From Bryobacteraceae bacterium (GTDB taxonomy: Bacteria; Acidobacteriota; Terriglobia; Bryobacterales; Bryobacteraceae): a stretch of DNA of 64,000 nucleotides. Of this stretch, positions 49,709 to 59,948 are shown one piece after another (the first letter of the stretch is position 1; each line of letters starts with the position of its first letter). The DNA lies in NCBI GenBank assembly GCA_051003795.1, contig JBPCKZ010000152.1, positions 7,520 through 71,519 on the forward strand, read 5' to 3'. A program made the translations under genes and the position numbers. The notes below the pieces were generated by a model. It made no database searches. It was given only the letters and a program-made list of their open reading frames with translations, and had not been told where the DNA came from.

Positions 49709-49801
49709 AAGTCGGCTTCTGTTCGCCGATTCAGTCCAGATGACGCGCCAACCCGATGTGGCCGGCGGGGATCTGCGGCGCATTATTCCTCTCTAACGGC
49801 G
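49709..49801 (-). repeat. 93-nt subterminal block (L-type end), copy 2
   Basis: Reverse complement matches 40605-40698 with about 8 differences. Confidence 0.85.
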
Positions 49802-50241
49802 AAGCATAGATCTGGTGATGCCTGCCGCTTGACTCTACGAAACGCACTAGGCGGGAGTTGAGCGCGGGGCGTCTCGATAACGCCAAGGATCGACTGAGAC
49901 GCCTGCTTTGTTTACATCGCATGCGCGACGAGAACCGGCCCTTCTGATAGACTCCTACTTTCATGGCGCGCCTCGCTCACGAGCCTTGACCTGTCGCACA
50001 CACGCACCTAGTCTAGGCCGGAAGAGCTTTCTATCCGGCGGAACCCACTCTCCGTCCGGGTTCAAGTTCGAATAAGCGGCTCGAATATACTTGAGTAGGC
50101 TCAGCGACATGGGAATCCTCTGTTTTCTCCGCTCCCATATTACCGCGCGGCGACGTCGAAAGCCGTTCTCGCCGCCGCCGGACATCAACACCCTACACGC
50201 TTTCCGGAAGCGAACCGTCTAATATTCCGAAAGGAGAACCC

Positions 50242-51228
50242 ATGGGCAAACTTGCGATTGCCGTTTGTTTCGCTTCCGCGGCGTTCGGGCAGAATGTCGA
50301 CCGCGTTTTTCATCCGACAACCGCGATGTCCGCGCAGACATGGCAGGAGATTGCCACCACGATACGAACGGTGGCCCAAATTCAACAACTGTCGCTAGAC
50401 CTTCCGGGCGCAACACTGACCGTGAAAGGGACACCCGATCAGATGGCGCTCGCCGAGTGGCTGGTTCCTAAACTGGATGAGGCGGCGGGCTCGAATCCAG
50501 GCCCGAGGGACTACTGGGTGTCTCGAAATAGCGACGATGTCGTGTTGGTATTTGAGTTGGCTCATACCTCTACCCCTCAGGGCGCTCAGGAGATAATCAC
50601 GTCGCTTCGAACTATTGCGGATATCCAAAAGATCTTCCTGGTAACCGCGCACGGGATAATGGCGCTGCGGGGCAATGCGAGCCAGATTGCGTTAGCCCGA
50701 TTTTTGCTTCCGGAATTGGATCAGGCGCCGGTAGTGGCGCGACAGAGCGCCCTGGTGCACGTGTTTACGATGACTGGCGGCGGCAATGACACAGTGTTGG
50801 TGTATGGCCTGACCCACACGGATACCCCACGGGATTTTCAGGAGATTATCACAAATCTGCGCACGGTGCTGAGTATCCAGAGGATTTTTCAGGTCACCGC
50901 GCCGAAGTTGCTGGCGCTACGGGCCAGTGCAAGCGAGGTACAGATGTCCGAATGGCTAATTCCCGAATTGGACCGCCAGACCGCGAACGCCGGCGGGAAT
51001 GAGGCGCGAGTGCCTGGGGGCGACGACGATGTAGTGCATGTTTTCTACTTATCGCATTTGACGACCGCGGAAGGCATGAATGGCGTTATGCGCGAGATGC
51101 GCGCCACGGCGCACATCTCGAGGGCATTCGTGCGCACGTCACCGGCGGCGTTGGTGTTGCGAGGGACCGCGGACCAGATTGCGATGGCGGGGCGCATGAT
51201 CGAGTTGAGCGACCATGCGGCTCCCTAA
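50242..51228 (+). CDS. secreted protein made of four tandem ~80-aa repeats (secretin-N-like guess)
   Basis: Signal peptide. Four units of pattern V.V..L.H..TP...QEIIT.LRT...IQ.IF.V.....L.LRG.A.QI.....L.PELD. Confidence 0.7.
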   Translation: MGKLAIAVCFASAAFGQNVDRVFHPTTAMSAQTWQEIATTIRTVAQIQQLSLDLPGATLTVKGTPDQMALAEWLVPKLDEAAGSNPGPRDYWVSRNSDDVVLVFELAHTSTPQGAQEIITSLRTIADIQKIFLVTAHGIMALRGNASQIALARFLLPELDQAPVVARQSALVHVFTMTGGGNDTVLVYGLTHTDTPRDFQEIITNLRTVLSIQRIFQVTAPKLLALRASASEVQMSEWLIPELDRQTANAGGNEARVPGGDDDVVHVFYLSHLTTAEGMNGVMREMRATAHISRAFVRTSPAALVLRGTADQIAMAGRMIELSDHAAP

Positions 51229-51242
51229 ATCGCCGCATTCGG

Positions 51243-51644
51243 CTAGGCCGGAAGAGCTTGTCTATCCGGCGGAACCCACTCTCTTTTCGCCCGATCGCAA
51301 GTTAACAATTCCGGTGTCCAGAATCGATGCAACAGCGAACTGTTTAAGCGAGACTCATTCTCGGACAGGAACTCGGCAAAACTCGATTCGCGATGCGTGG
51401 AAATCAGTCGAACCCAAGCGAGCGTAACCGTCTCGTTGTAGATGTCGGCGACGCCGTGCCGCTCGGCAAAACGCTCGATCCCGGATCGCACGAGCCGTTC
51501 GGCGTTTTCTAGCGACGTTTGGCGCAAGTAAAGCCACGCGAGCCGAAGATGATCGGCATGCCGGAACTGCGAAGGATGCAGTGCCGCCGAATCCACCGCG
51601 GCTAAGAACTCTTCATCGCTTAATTCGGACGATCCGGCGCGCAT
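51243..51644 (-). CDS. hypothetical protein
   Basis: 133-codon ORF abutting the deacetylase gene. A truncated copy of its C-terminal coding end (EWVPPDR) lies at ~50013-50110. Confidence 0.55.
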   Translation of the reverse strand: MRAGSSELSDEEFLAAVDSAALHPSQFRHADHLRLAWLYLRQTSLENAERLVRSGIERFAERHGVADIYNETVTLAWVRLISTHRESSFAEFLSENESRLNSSLLHRFWTPELLTCDRAKREWVPPDRQALPA

Positions 51645-54176
51645 TTATTGGGGCAATTTTCCGGCGCTTAACAGGTTCGCAAAGATGCGATACGCGCCCG
51701 GAACGCCAGCCGGCAATTGGCGAAACCACGAATAGGCCGTAAAAATATACGCCCCTTTTCCATACCGCGTGTACAGCGTTCCGCCGGGCAGCGGTACTTC
51801 GCCTGGATCGTGCGATTCAAGCACCGTCTGATAATGTTCGTCCCATTTCGACGCAAAGTACAGACCCCGCTCCTGAATCCAACCGGTGAAATCCTTCTCG
51901 GTAATATGGTTCGGAGCTTGCAAAAGCGGAGAGTCGGGATGCGGGAAAGCCACGGGCGATTCTTCCACCGTCACGCGGCTGCCGCCCAGTTTGAATGGAT
52001 ACGGCCCGATCTCCAGGTTCGACCCTTCCAGCCGGTTATATTGCACGATCATCGTGCCGCCATCGCGCACATAGTCGAGCAGCCGATGCTGGTTCGCGCG
52101 CAAATCCGAGCGCACGTTGTAAGCGCGCACGCCGGTCACGATAGCGTCGAAACCGGAAAGATCGCCGCGCGCGAGATCGTCCTCGGTGAGCAGCCGCACC
52201 TCGCAACCCATTTGCCGGAGAGCGTCCGGGACATCGTCGCCGGCTCCCATAACATACCCCACCCTTTTCGCAAGCACTCGCAAAGGCGCGATCCGCAGCA
52301 ATCCGTTTGAAGGCGGAGTCAGCGTTTGCGGCGGAATATGCGGGTAGGCGATCACCTGCATGCCCGCCGCCACCTCTTTGCCATCCACGCGGGCGATCGC
52401 GTGAAAGTGCGCCGGAGCCGCGTTTTCCGAACCGGGTTCAAAGCCGGGGACAGCCCGCGTCAGAGCAAATGAGACCTCCTGCCGCTCGCCCGTCTCGGTG
52501 AACTGAAACGTTCGCGACGTGGGCTCGAGCTTCCAGCCGGGATCGGCCTCAATGCGGATCTCACCCGACGCGCGGGGAACATTCGCCGTCAACTCCACCG
52601 CGATTTGGCGCGTACCGGGTTGAGTGAATACGACGACCGGCTCCGGCAAATCGACGGCCACCGCCGGGACCACCGTGAGGGGGCGGGTCAACTCTCCCAG
52701 GACGTGAGCCACATAGCGGTGTCGCACCGGGCGCGCGATGGAAATCCGAGCGGCGCCCACGTTCAACTGAAACACCGCTTCGAGCACTGGAAGCACGTCC
52801 GCCCTTCCGATCAGGCGCGGGTCGCGAATATCGTAAGCGTCTCCGGCGTGCGGCAGGCGGAGCCAAAACGGCTGCGAATACGGTGTATCGGCTGGAATAT
52901 TTACGTCGAGATTGCGCGAAACCGGCACGTTATAACCGAGAGCTGACGCAACTTCGAGGGTTTGCTCGCGGCCCAAGCCTTCCAGCTTCACGGAAACGTT
53001 GCCGGCCGGGGCGGGCGACCGCTGAATCGCCGTGAAATTGACCTTGAAAACGCTTCCCGGCGTGGCTGCGTACCGGTCGGCATCGGCATCGAGCCACAGT
53101 CCCGCGCACAATGCGATTGCCTCGTCGATTTCCGCGAGCTTGCGAACGCCCCAGGCGTTCTTTTCAGCCGCAAGAGTCGCGATCGGTTGCCGCGCCTGCG
53201 CCAGCAGCGGAATCGTCAGTTCGGGATGGTCCGGGTCGAGCTGTCCCGCTGCTTTCGCGAGGATCGGTCCAATGAGATTGCCTCCCGGCACGCGATTCCA
53301 CGTGGTATCGATCCCGTCAAACACGTCGTTTGCGGCCGTATCGCCCGCCAGGGTCACCAGGTAATTGCGAGAGGGCCCCCGCCTTTCCGCGTTCCCCATT
53401 CCCTGGCTGCGATGCTCGTCACGGCTGAGGGAAGCGATTTGAGAATAGGAAAGGCCGAGCACCGGATCGAAGACGCCCGTGTCGACCGCAATGCTGCCCG
53501 GCGTTTGCGCGGCTTCACGCTCCTGACCGGGCCGGAACGAGAGGACGTTATACATCAGCCGCTTTGCCTGCCAGGGCTGCGCCAGAGTCAACTGCTCGGG
53601 AAAGCGCGTAGGGTCGGCGGCGGCGCTGAAGGCTTCTTTGCCGAGAATCGCGGAAGCTTGATGCTGCCCGTGGCCGTCTTTGGGCGTACCGGAAAATCGC
53701 AGAATGATCACGTCCGGCCGATATTGCCGGATCACCCAAACCATGTCCGACAGGATCTTCTCGCGGCCCCATTTTTGCAGCGTTTCCTGCGGCGTTTTGG
53801 TAAAGCCGAAATCGATGGCGCGGGTGAAAAACTGCTCGGCGCCGTCGATTCGCCGCGCGGCCAGAAGCTCTTGCGTGCGGATGACACCCAGCAGATCGCC
53901 CTGTTCCGGGCCAATCAGGTTTTGTCCGCCTTCTCCGCGCGTCGCCGATAAATACGCCGCGCGAACTTTGCGGCCGCGCGCGTAGTAAGCCAGAAGCGCC
54001 GTGTTTTCGTCGTCCGGATGCGCGGCAATCATCAGCACGCTGCCGAGCACATTCAGCTTATCCAGAGCCTGCTTGATCGCCGGAGTACCCGACAACTGGC
54101 GCTGCGCCGGCAGAGGCGCGAGGCAGCACAATGCGCACAGGTAGAGGGTGAATAACCGCCGGGAAAGGTTTGCCAA
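51645..54176 (-). CDS. PIG-L/LmbE-family deacetylase with large C-terminal extension (ThuA/GATase1-like end)
   Basis: VLMIAAHPDDENTALLAY zinc-deacetylase motif near the N-terminus. Signal peptide. 843 aa. Confidence 0.8.
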   Translation of the reverse strand: MANLSRRLFTLYLCALCCLAPLPAQRQLSGTPAIKQALDKLNVLGSVLMIAAHPDDENTALLAYYARGRKVRAAYLSATRGEGGQNLIGPEQGDLLGVIRTQELLAARRIDGAEQFFTRAIDFGFTKTPQETLQKWGREKILSDMVWVIRQYRPDVIILRFSGTPKDGHGQHQASAILGKEAFSAAADPTRFPEQLTLAQPWQAKRLMYNVLSFRPGQEREAAQTPGSIAVDTGVFDPVLGLSYSQIASLSRDEHRSQGMGNAERRGPSRNYLVTLAGDTAANDVFDGIDTTWNRVPGGNLIGPILAKAAGQLDPDHPELTIPLLAQARQPIATLAAEKNAWGVRKLAEIDEAIALCAGLWLDADADRYAATPGSVFKVNFTAIQRSPAPAGNVSVKLEGLGREQTLEVASALGYNVPVSRNLDVNIPADTPYSQPFWLRLPHAGDAYDIRDPRLIGRADVLPVLEAVFQLNVGAARISIARPVRHRYVAHVLGELTRPLTVVPAVAVDLPEPVVVFTQPGTRQIAVELTANVPRASGEIRIEADPGWKLEPTSRTFQFTETGERQEVSFALTRAVPGFEPGSENAAPAHFHAIARVDGKEVAAGMQVIAYPHIPPQTLTPPSNGLLRIAPLRVLAKRVGYVMGAGDDVPDALRQMGCEVRLLTEDDLARGDLSGFDAIVTGVRAYNVRSDLRANQHRLLDYVRDGGTMIVQYNRLEGSNLEIGPYPFKLGGSRVTVEESPVAFPHPDSPLLQAPNHITEKDFTGWIQERGLYFASKWDEHYQTVLESHDPGEVPLPGGTLYTRYGKGAYIFTAYSWFRQLPAGVPGAYRIFANLLSAGKLPQ

Positions 54177-54180
54177 CGGA

Positions 54181-54729
54181 TTACGCCAGATTCAAAACCT
54201 GCTTGAGCGTACCCGCTTCCTGCTGGATCTTGCCTTGCAGTTGCATGATCGCGTAAATCAACTGCTCGGGCCGCGGCGGGCATCCAGGCACGTAAACATC
54301 CACTGGAATCGCCTGATTCACGGGAACGAGCGCGTAGTTGTTGAAGACGCCGGTCGAGGTCGCGCAAGCGCCCATGGAGATAACCCACTTGGGTTCCGGC
54401 ATTTGCTGATAAAGATGACGGATCACCGGCGCCATCTTCTGCGATACGCGCCCGGCGATGATCATCAAATCGGATTGCCGGGGCGATCCGCGAAACACTT
54501 CCGCGCCAAAACGCGCAATGTCGAAACGCGACGCGCTCATCGACATCATCTCAATGGCGCAGCACGCGAGGCCGAACGACATGGGCCAGATCGAATTCTT
54601 GCGGCCCCAGTTGATCACGCTGCCGATCGTCGTCATCAGAATGCCTTCCTGCGCGGCGAGACGATCCACGCTCTCGTTATCGATTCGCGCGAAAAGGTCC
54701 GCCGGACCGCTCGCCATCGGGGTATCCAT
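54181..54729 (-). CDS. nuoB: NADH-quinone oxidoreductase subunit B-like protein (stand-alone)
   Basis: [18 protein letters not shown] and VPGCPPRPE cluster-N2 cysteine motifs. Start placed at ATG 54729 (MDTPMASG). Confidence 0.85.
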   Translation of the reverse strand: MDTPMASGPADLFARIDNESVDRLAAQEGILMTTIGSVINWGRKNSIWPMSFGLACCAIEMMSMSASRFDIARFGAEVFRGSPRQSDLMIIAGRVSQKMAPVIRHLYQQMPEPKWVISMGACATSTGVFNNYALVPVNQAIPVDVYVPGCPPRPEQLIYAIMQLQGKIQQEAGTLKQVLNLA

Positions 54730-54796
54730 AATCTTAGTTTCGCATGAAATACGAGTTGAATTGACGTTGCTAGACTTGATGGTTACCCCATAGTTC

Positions 54797-56986
54797 ATGT
54801 CATTTGAAAACTACGATCAGGCACTTGATCGCGCGGCGGATCTCTGCGGAGTGGAGCCGCGATTTTGGGATATTTTTGGGCATCTCCATACGGCGTCGGT
54901 TCAGACCAAGCGGGCCATCGTCGAGGCGCTCGGCATGCCGGCCGCGACGAAAGAAGATCTCGAAAGCGCGATCGCCCAACGCGAGAAGGCGGAATTGACA
55001 CGCATTTTGCCGCCCTGCCTAGTGGTGGACCTAGGCGAGCTCCTACGGATTCCGGTGCAGTTGCCGGAGACTCACTCGAACGTTCTCGCGGCGTTCGAAA
55101 TCGCGCTCGAAGATGGTTCGCGCCTTCGCTTCGAAAAGATAATCGGCGCGCGCATGCAGGTCGAATTGGACGCCCGCTTGCCGCTCGGATACCATGAACT
55201 GTCCGTCAGTGTCGCCGGCTTGAATCCGGAGAGTATTTCGCTGATCGTTGCGCCGGAACGCGCATTTCTGCCGGAGTCTCTGGCGCATGGGAAGAAGGCC
55301 GCCGGCGTAGCCGTTTCGCTCTACGGCCTCCGCTCGGAATTGAACTGGGGCTGCGGCGACTTCCGCGATCTGCGCGATGCAATCGACTGGGTGGCGGAAA
55401 TCGGCGGCGATTTCGTGGCCCTCAATCCGCTGCATGCGATTCACAATCGCCGGCCCTACAACACCAGCCCGTATCTTCCCAACAGCGTTTTCTATCAAAA
55501 CTTGATTTATCTGGAGGTCCCGGCGATCGAGGAATTCGAACATTCCACCGAAGCCCGTAGAGTTTGGTTTTCGCCTGAAACGCAGGAAGAGGCGCGGCAA
55601 CTTCGCGAATCCGAATTCGTGGAATATGAGCGCGTGAATGCGCTAAAGTTGCGTTTTTTAAGATTGTTGTTCGCCGAGTTCCGCCGGGCCGGGCGGCCTC
55701 TTGAAAAACGGAACGATTTTGAAGATTACCGCCGGCGGGAGGGCGATTTGCTGTATCGATTCGCGACCTACTGCGCGTTGGATGAACATCTTCATGCCGC
55801 CGATCCGGATGTTTGGATCTGGCCCGATTGGCCCGCCGGTTATCAAGACCCGGATTCGCCGAAAACACGCGAATTTCAGCGGAAACACGCCGAGGCAATT
55901 CTGTTTCATCAGTACGTCCAATGGCAGATCGATATCCAGTTGAACGCGGCGCAGCAATACGCGCGCGCGAAGGGGCTTTCAATTGGTCTCTATCACGATC
56001 TGGCGTTGGCGACGGACCGCTGCGGTTCGGATCTTTGGGCGCATCGGCCCTTCTACGTGGCGGGTTGCCGCGTGGGCTCGCCGCCCGACGATTTTTCGCC
56101 GGCCGGTCAGGATTGGGCGTTCCCTCCACCCAACGCCGAGCGCCATCGCGCCACCGGATACCGGCTATTTAGGGAATCCATCCGCAAGTCCTGCCGGCAT
56201 GGCGGCGCTCTGCGCATCGATCACGTAATGCGGTTCTTCCGGCTCTACTGGATACCCGACGGATCGGACGCGACCGCCGGAGCTTACGTGCGCGACAGGT
56301 CGGAGGATCTGGTCCGAATCCTCGCTCTCGAGAGCTTTCGCAACCGCGTGGCGGTGGTTGGCGAGGATCTGGGCACCGTGGAACCGCACATCCGCGAAAC
56401 GCTCGCGCGCTTCGGCATATTGAGTTACCGCCTGTTCTATTTCGAGCGCGGGCCGCACGGCAGCTTCAAGCGTCCGGACGAATATCCGCATCAATCGCTT
56501 GTATCCTCGACCACCCACGACCTGCCCACGCTTGCCGGATTCTGGATTCACGAAGACATCGAAGCGCGCCGCCGGGCGGGTGTAGTGGACGATGCCGAAT
56601 ATCGCCGTCAAATTGCCAATCGTTTACAAGACAAGCAGAAAATGTTGGACGCGCTTTTCGATCGGCACTTACTCCCGAGTTACTTTCCGCGGACGGCGAT
56701 TCACGTCCCCGAGCTAACCGGCGAGTTACACAACGCGGTAATTGGATTTCTCGCTTCGACGCCTTCGATGTTGATGGTCGTTAATCAGGAGGATCTGACT
56801 AAGGAGACGCATCAGCAGAACCTGCCGGGAACGACTTCGCAATATCCCAACTGGAGCCGGAAGATGAGGTTTACGTTTGAGCAATTGAGGACGGAGCCGC
56901 TCGCGATGGGATCGATGCAGATGTTCCGGGACTGGATGCGGCGCACGGGGCGGGAATCGGAACGAATCGCGGCTAAGATGATCTAG
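54797..56986 (+). CDS. malQ: 4-alpha-glucanotransferase (amylomaltase, GH77)
   Basis: [54 protein letters not shown] blocks. Confidence 0.92.
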   Translation: MSFENYDQALDRAADLCGVEPRFWDIFGHLHTASVQTKRAIVEALGMPAATKEDLESAIAQREKAELTRILPPCLVVDLGELLRIPVQLPETHSNVLAAFEIALEDGSRLRFEKIIGARMQVELDARLPLGYHELSVSVAGLNPESISLIVAPERAFLPESLAHGKKAAGVAVSLYGLRSELNWGCGDFRDLRDAIDWVAEIGGDFVALNPLHAIHNRRPYNTSPYLPNSVFYQNLIYLEVPAIEEFEHSTEARRVWFSPETQEEARQLRESEFVEYERVNALKLRFLRLLFAEFRRAGRPLEKRNDFEDYRRREGDLLYRFATYCALDEHLHAADPDVWIWPDWPAGYQDPDSPKTREFQRKHAEAILFHQYVQWQIDIQLNAAQQYARAKGLSIGLYHDLALATDRCGSDLWAHRPFYVAGCRVGSPPDDFSPAGQDWAFPPPNAERHRATGYRLFRESIRKSCRHGGALRIDHVMRFFRLYWIPDGSDATAGAYVRDRSEDLVRILALESFRNRVAVVGEDLGTVEPHIRETLARFGILSYRLFYFERGPHGSFKRPDEYPHQSLVSSTTHDLPTLAGFWIHEDIEARRRAGVVDDAEYRRQIANRLQDKQKMLDALFDRHLLPSYFPRTAIHVPELTGELHNAVIGFLASTPSMLMVVNQEDLTKETHQQNLPGTTSQYPNWSRKMRFTFEQLRTEPLAMGSMQMFRDWMRRTGRESERIAAKMI

Positions 56987-57222
56987 TGGCACACTCAGGG
57001 CGGTTCACCCGAATCACGATCAATCCGGCGGTCGCTACCGGAAAGGCGTGTATTCGCGACTTGCGTTTTCCCGTATCGCGATTATTGGGCCTGCTTGCCG
57101 CGGGGGAATCGCCGGAATCGATTCTGAAAGCGTATCCTTATTTGGAACTGGCGGACATTGAGGAAACGCTTCGCTACGCTGCGTTCCTGGCCGAGGATGA
57201 GACGGTGGAACTCGCTGGGTGA
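56986..57222 (+). CDS. DUF433-domain protein (antitoxin-like)
   Basis: ITINPAVATGKACIRDLRFPVSRLLGLLAAGESPESILKAYPYLELADIEETLRYAA is the typical DUF433 pattern. Confidence 0.8.
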   Translation: MAHSGRFTRITINPAVATGKACIRDLRFPVSRLLGLLAAGESPESILKAYPYLELADIEETLRYAAFLAEDETVELAG

Positions 57223-57439
57223 AGTTTCTCGTGGATGTGGCTCTGATTTTCCCCGGCTTCTGGCAGCACTGAATGGTGCGGGACCTGGACTCATTCTCCT
57301 CCGTGGTGGAAATTACAGTGAATTCGAAAGCATGAAGTGCGTACGCCGCGTGCTGGCGGCAATACCCGGCCAGGAACTGCGGAAATCCGTTGTAGTAGTT
57401 GACAGAGAAAAGATCAGACGGCGATGGCTTCCGATATAG
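57219..57439 (+). pseudogene. remnant of a DUF5615 (PIN-like, toxin-type) gene
   Basis: GTG 57219 (GTGA overlap with the DUF433 stop) gives VKFLVDVALIF...stop. A second frame continues PRLLAALNGAGPG...LILLRGGNYSE...VVVVDREKIRRRWLPI. The length is not a multiple of 3, and the middle acidic core is missing. Confidence 0.5.
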
Positions 57440-57999
57440 TGTGGGCGCTTAATGCATAATGGCTGATTTTAATTTCGTCGCACGGAACGCGAGACCGTTT
57501 TATTACCTACGCCTTCAGACAAGTTGTTCTCTTCGCGCTTCGGACGTTCGACAAAGTGCACCTGTGGATGAATTCGCGGTGTTCCGACACGTTTGGCCCA
57601 AAATGCGGTAGTGGGTCAGTTTGCGTGAGCCGCTTTCAGGATTGCCTGCCGCGCAAGTCGGCGGTTTGGGCGTTATACGTCCTTGTGAAGGGGATGCCAA
57701 CTCCACACTTGCCGACTTTCGGCGGTTTGAGGCGCACCTTGTGGCTACCTCGCAGGCAACCTCCCAGCGTCGGATTCAGGCTGATAACTTCCGGATCGCC
57801 GACCACCCAGACGGAACACTCGTCGCCCCTCGCGGCAAGCGGCCATCTCGATTCTCGAGACCGTGAACGCCGCGACCGTATGTTTCAAGACCTCCACGAC
57901 TTTGTCCGGGTCGCGCGCGGAACACCGCGCAGCCCACCGACGGTGGACTTCTGCGTTCCAAAAGGTGTGGCTTTCTTGAGATACTACGAATTCCGTCTT

Positions 58000-59517
58000 A
58001 TGAAGATGACCGCTGACAAACGCGCGATCGACAAAATCTTTCGTCGTCGGGATCGTTACGAGATTCCTGATTGGCAGCGACAGAAGGTATGGAACAAGAA
58101 GAAGAAGCAAGGCCTTATTGACTCCATCCTGCGGGGTTGGAAGCTTCCCAAGTTCTATTTCGTAAAAAGCTTGGACGAGAACTTTCTCGTGGAAGACGGC
58201 CAACAGCGGCTTACCGCGATTTTCGAGTTCTTCTCGGGGGACCTAGGCCTGAGCCAGGAATCTGTTGAGATCTTCGGTGGGACGTACTACAGCGAGTTGA
58301 AACGGAACGTAGCGGACGCATTCGATGACTTCGATATCGAGTTCGACGTGATCGAAGACGCGACGGATGAGGAACTCAAAGAGTTCTTCCAGCGACTCCA
58401 GGAAGGCATGCCCCTGACGGGGAGCGAGAAGCTCAACGCGGTACCCAGCAAGCTCCGCGATTTCTGCAAGGAAACTGCAGCGAAGCACCCGTTCTTCAAG
58501 GAGACCATTGCTGTGCCTGATACGCGGTACGCGCACTTCGATATTCTCGCGAAAGTGGTCACCGTCGAGATCGAGGGCCTCGACACGGGGTTACGGCTGG
58601 ATGACGTGAAAGCAGTTTTTGAGGCGAGCAAGAACTTCGCCACCACTTCGGCGGTGGCAAAGCGCATCAAGAACGCCTTGGATTTGCTCGCTACGGCGTT
58701 CAAGGGCAACGGCTCCATGCTGCGCACGAGAACGATAGTCCAATCGCTCATCACGCTCACCTGCAAGATCGTGAGCACCAAGAACTACGCGGGCCGTGAG
58801 GCCCTCCTTAAAGAGTTCTTTGAGAGCTTCATGACCGAGTTGGCCACACAGATTGACAAGGGGCAAGAAGCCACAGACAGCGACTACGTCCAATTTCAGA
58901 AATCCGTGAGCGCCAACGTCACCGGCGCTGCCCGGACGCGCCAAGAAATCCTCCTCCGGAAGCTTTTTACGATCGCCCCTGAACTCAGCGCGATCTTCGA
59001 CCCGAGCGTCATCGCCGAGAGTGGCGTGACGGGACGCATCACGGCAGTCTCAGATTCCATCAATCAGCTCATCGAGCAGATCAATAAAAGGCACGCTGCC
59101 GCGACCGGCGACGACTTACTCAAGGCGACAAACAAGACCGCCCCGGCACTGTTGCGCCTTCGCAAGACGGTCACGACCCGCGATGCTTACGGCACGTTCA
59201 TCGATGATCTCTACTTCCTCTTCCGGGAGGGACCTGGAACTCGCGTCGACCCGGCAACCTTGCCATCGTTCGTCCACATCAACGACCTACGGACGGACCT
59301 GCGCCACGACGTGGATCATGGGGACAAGGGCAAGATTCGCTCCAAGCGGAAAAAAGCGGGTACAACCTTCGCGCTCTATGCCGGCGAGGGAACGCCGGAC
59401 ACCATCGAACCAGCCAAGTACCCACTATTCCAAGCGAACATCCTCACCGCAACAGAAGGCGACCTTCGAGCGCTCCTCTCAAGGCCGACCCCAAACCAGG
59501 CCACGCCCACATCTTGA
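58000..59517 (+). CDS. DUF262 (ParB/Srx-like nuclease fold) protein with a C-terminal R-x4-H region
   Basis: IPDWQRQKVW, LIDSILRGWKLPKFYF, DGQQRLTAIFEFF and FFQRLQEGMPLTGSEKLNA are DUF262 blocks. Near the C-terminus, INDLRTDLRHDVDHG. Start at ATG 58000; the upstream ORF extension crosses the TIR and is junk. Confidence 0.8.
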   Translation: MKMTADKRAIDKIFRRRDRYEIPDWQRQKVWNKKKKQGLIDSILRGWKLPKFYFVKSLDENFLVEDGQQRLTAIFEFFSGDLGLSQESVEIFGGTYYSELKRNVADAFDDFDIEFDVIEDATDEELKEFFQRLQEGMPLTGSEKLNAVPSKLRDFCKETAAKHPFFKETIAVPDTRYAHFDILAKVVTVEIEGLDTGLRLDDVKAVFEASKNFATTSAVAKRIKNALDLLATAFKGNGSMLRTRTIVQSLITLTCKIVSTKNYAGREALLKEFFESFMTELATQIDKGQEATDSDYVQFQKSVSANVTGAARTRQEILLRKLFTIAPELSAIFDPSVIAESGVTGRITAVSDSINQLIEQINKRHAAATGDDLLKATNKTAPALLRLRKTVTTRDAYGTFIDDLYFLFREGPGTRVDPATLPSFVHINDLRTDLRHDVDHGDKGKIRSKRKKAGTTFALYAGEGTPDTIEPAKYPLFQANILTATEGDLRALLSRPTPNQATPTS

Positions 59518-59948
59518 TCACCCCACCAATCCTGAACCTTCAGTAGGTTCCCACGGGCGACCTGCGAAAGGACTGGCCGGGTCGGCGCTTCGATCTAGGA
59601 AAATCCTGCGTCGCAAGTACGAGGCCCACACCGCGCAGACGGACGCCGCCGAAGCGGAACTTTCTCGGGCGACTCGCTCTATGGCACGGATTGGCGCTAG
59701 CCCGCATTCGGAGCTTGCAAGCTTCAAGCCGTGGAGATTTATTTTTGTCGTCTCATCATTCTGGACGGTTAACGCGCTAACGTTCCTTCTGCCGTGGGCG
59801 CAATGTGTGGAGCAGCACGTCAGCGGAATGCCGATCCGGACAATATCGCAACGTGGCTTCTCAGAACGCCGAAACCGCTTGCCGTAAAATCATCGGTGCA
59901 GCGCTCAACGGAAGAACTCCCGACGATCTATGATCGACAAGGGCACGG

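Larger units (their letters stand above)
47555..49851 (+). mobile_element. 2.3-kb related element (copy 2, degraded right terminus) carrying an AbiU2-like HEPN gene
   Basis: The left end GGTAGTGG-TCAGTTTG plus 134-nt A-type block (47555-47688) matches copy 1. The right side carries the L-type block (49709-49801), followed by a terminus matching only ~9/17 of the TIR. No flanking duplication found. Confidence 0.45.

Noticed and set aside
57607-57624. The conserved 17/18-mer GGTAGTGGGTCAGTTTGC might be a sigma-54 promoter (GG-N10-GC), given the sigma-54 regulator nearby.
   Set aside because: The spacing between any GG and the TGC does not fit TGGCAC-N5-TTGC. Copies 1 and 2 lack the GC. The motif occurs in inverted pairs with flanking duplications, which fits transposon ends.
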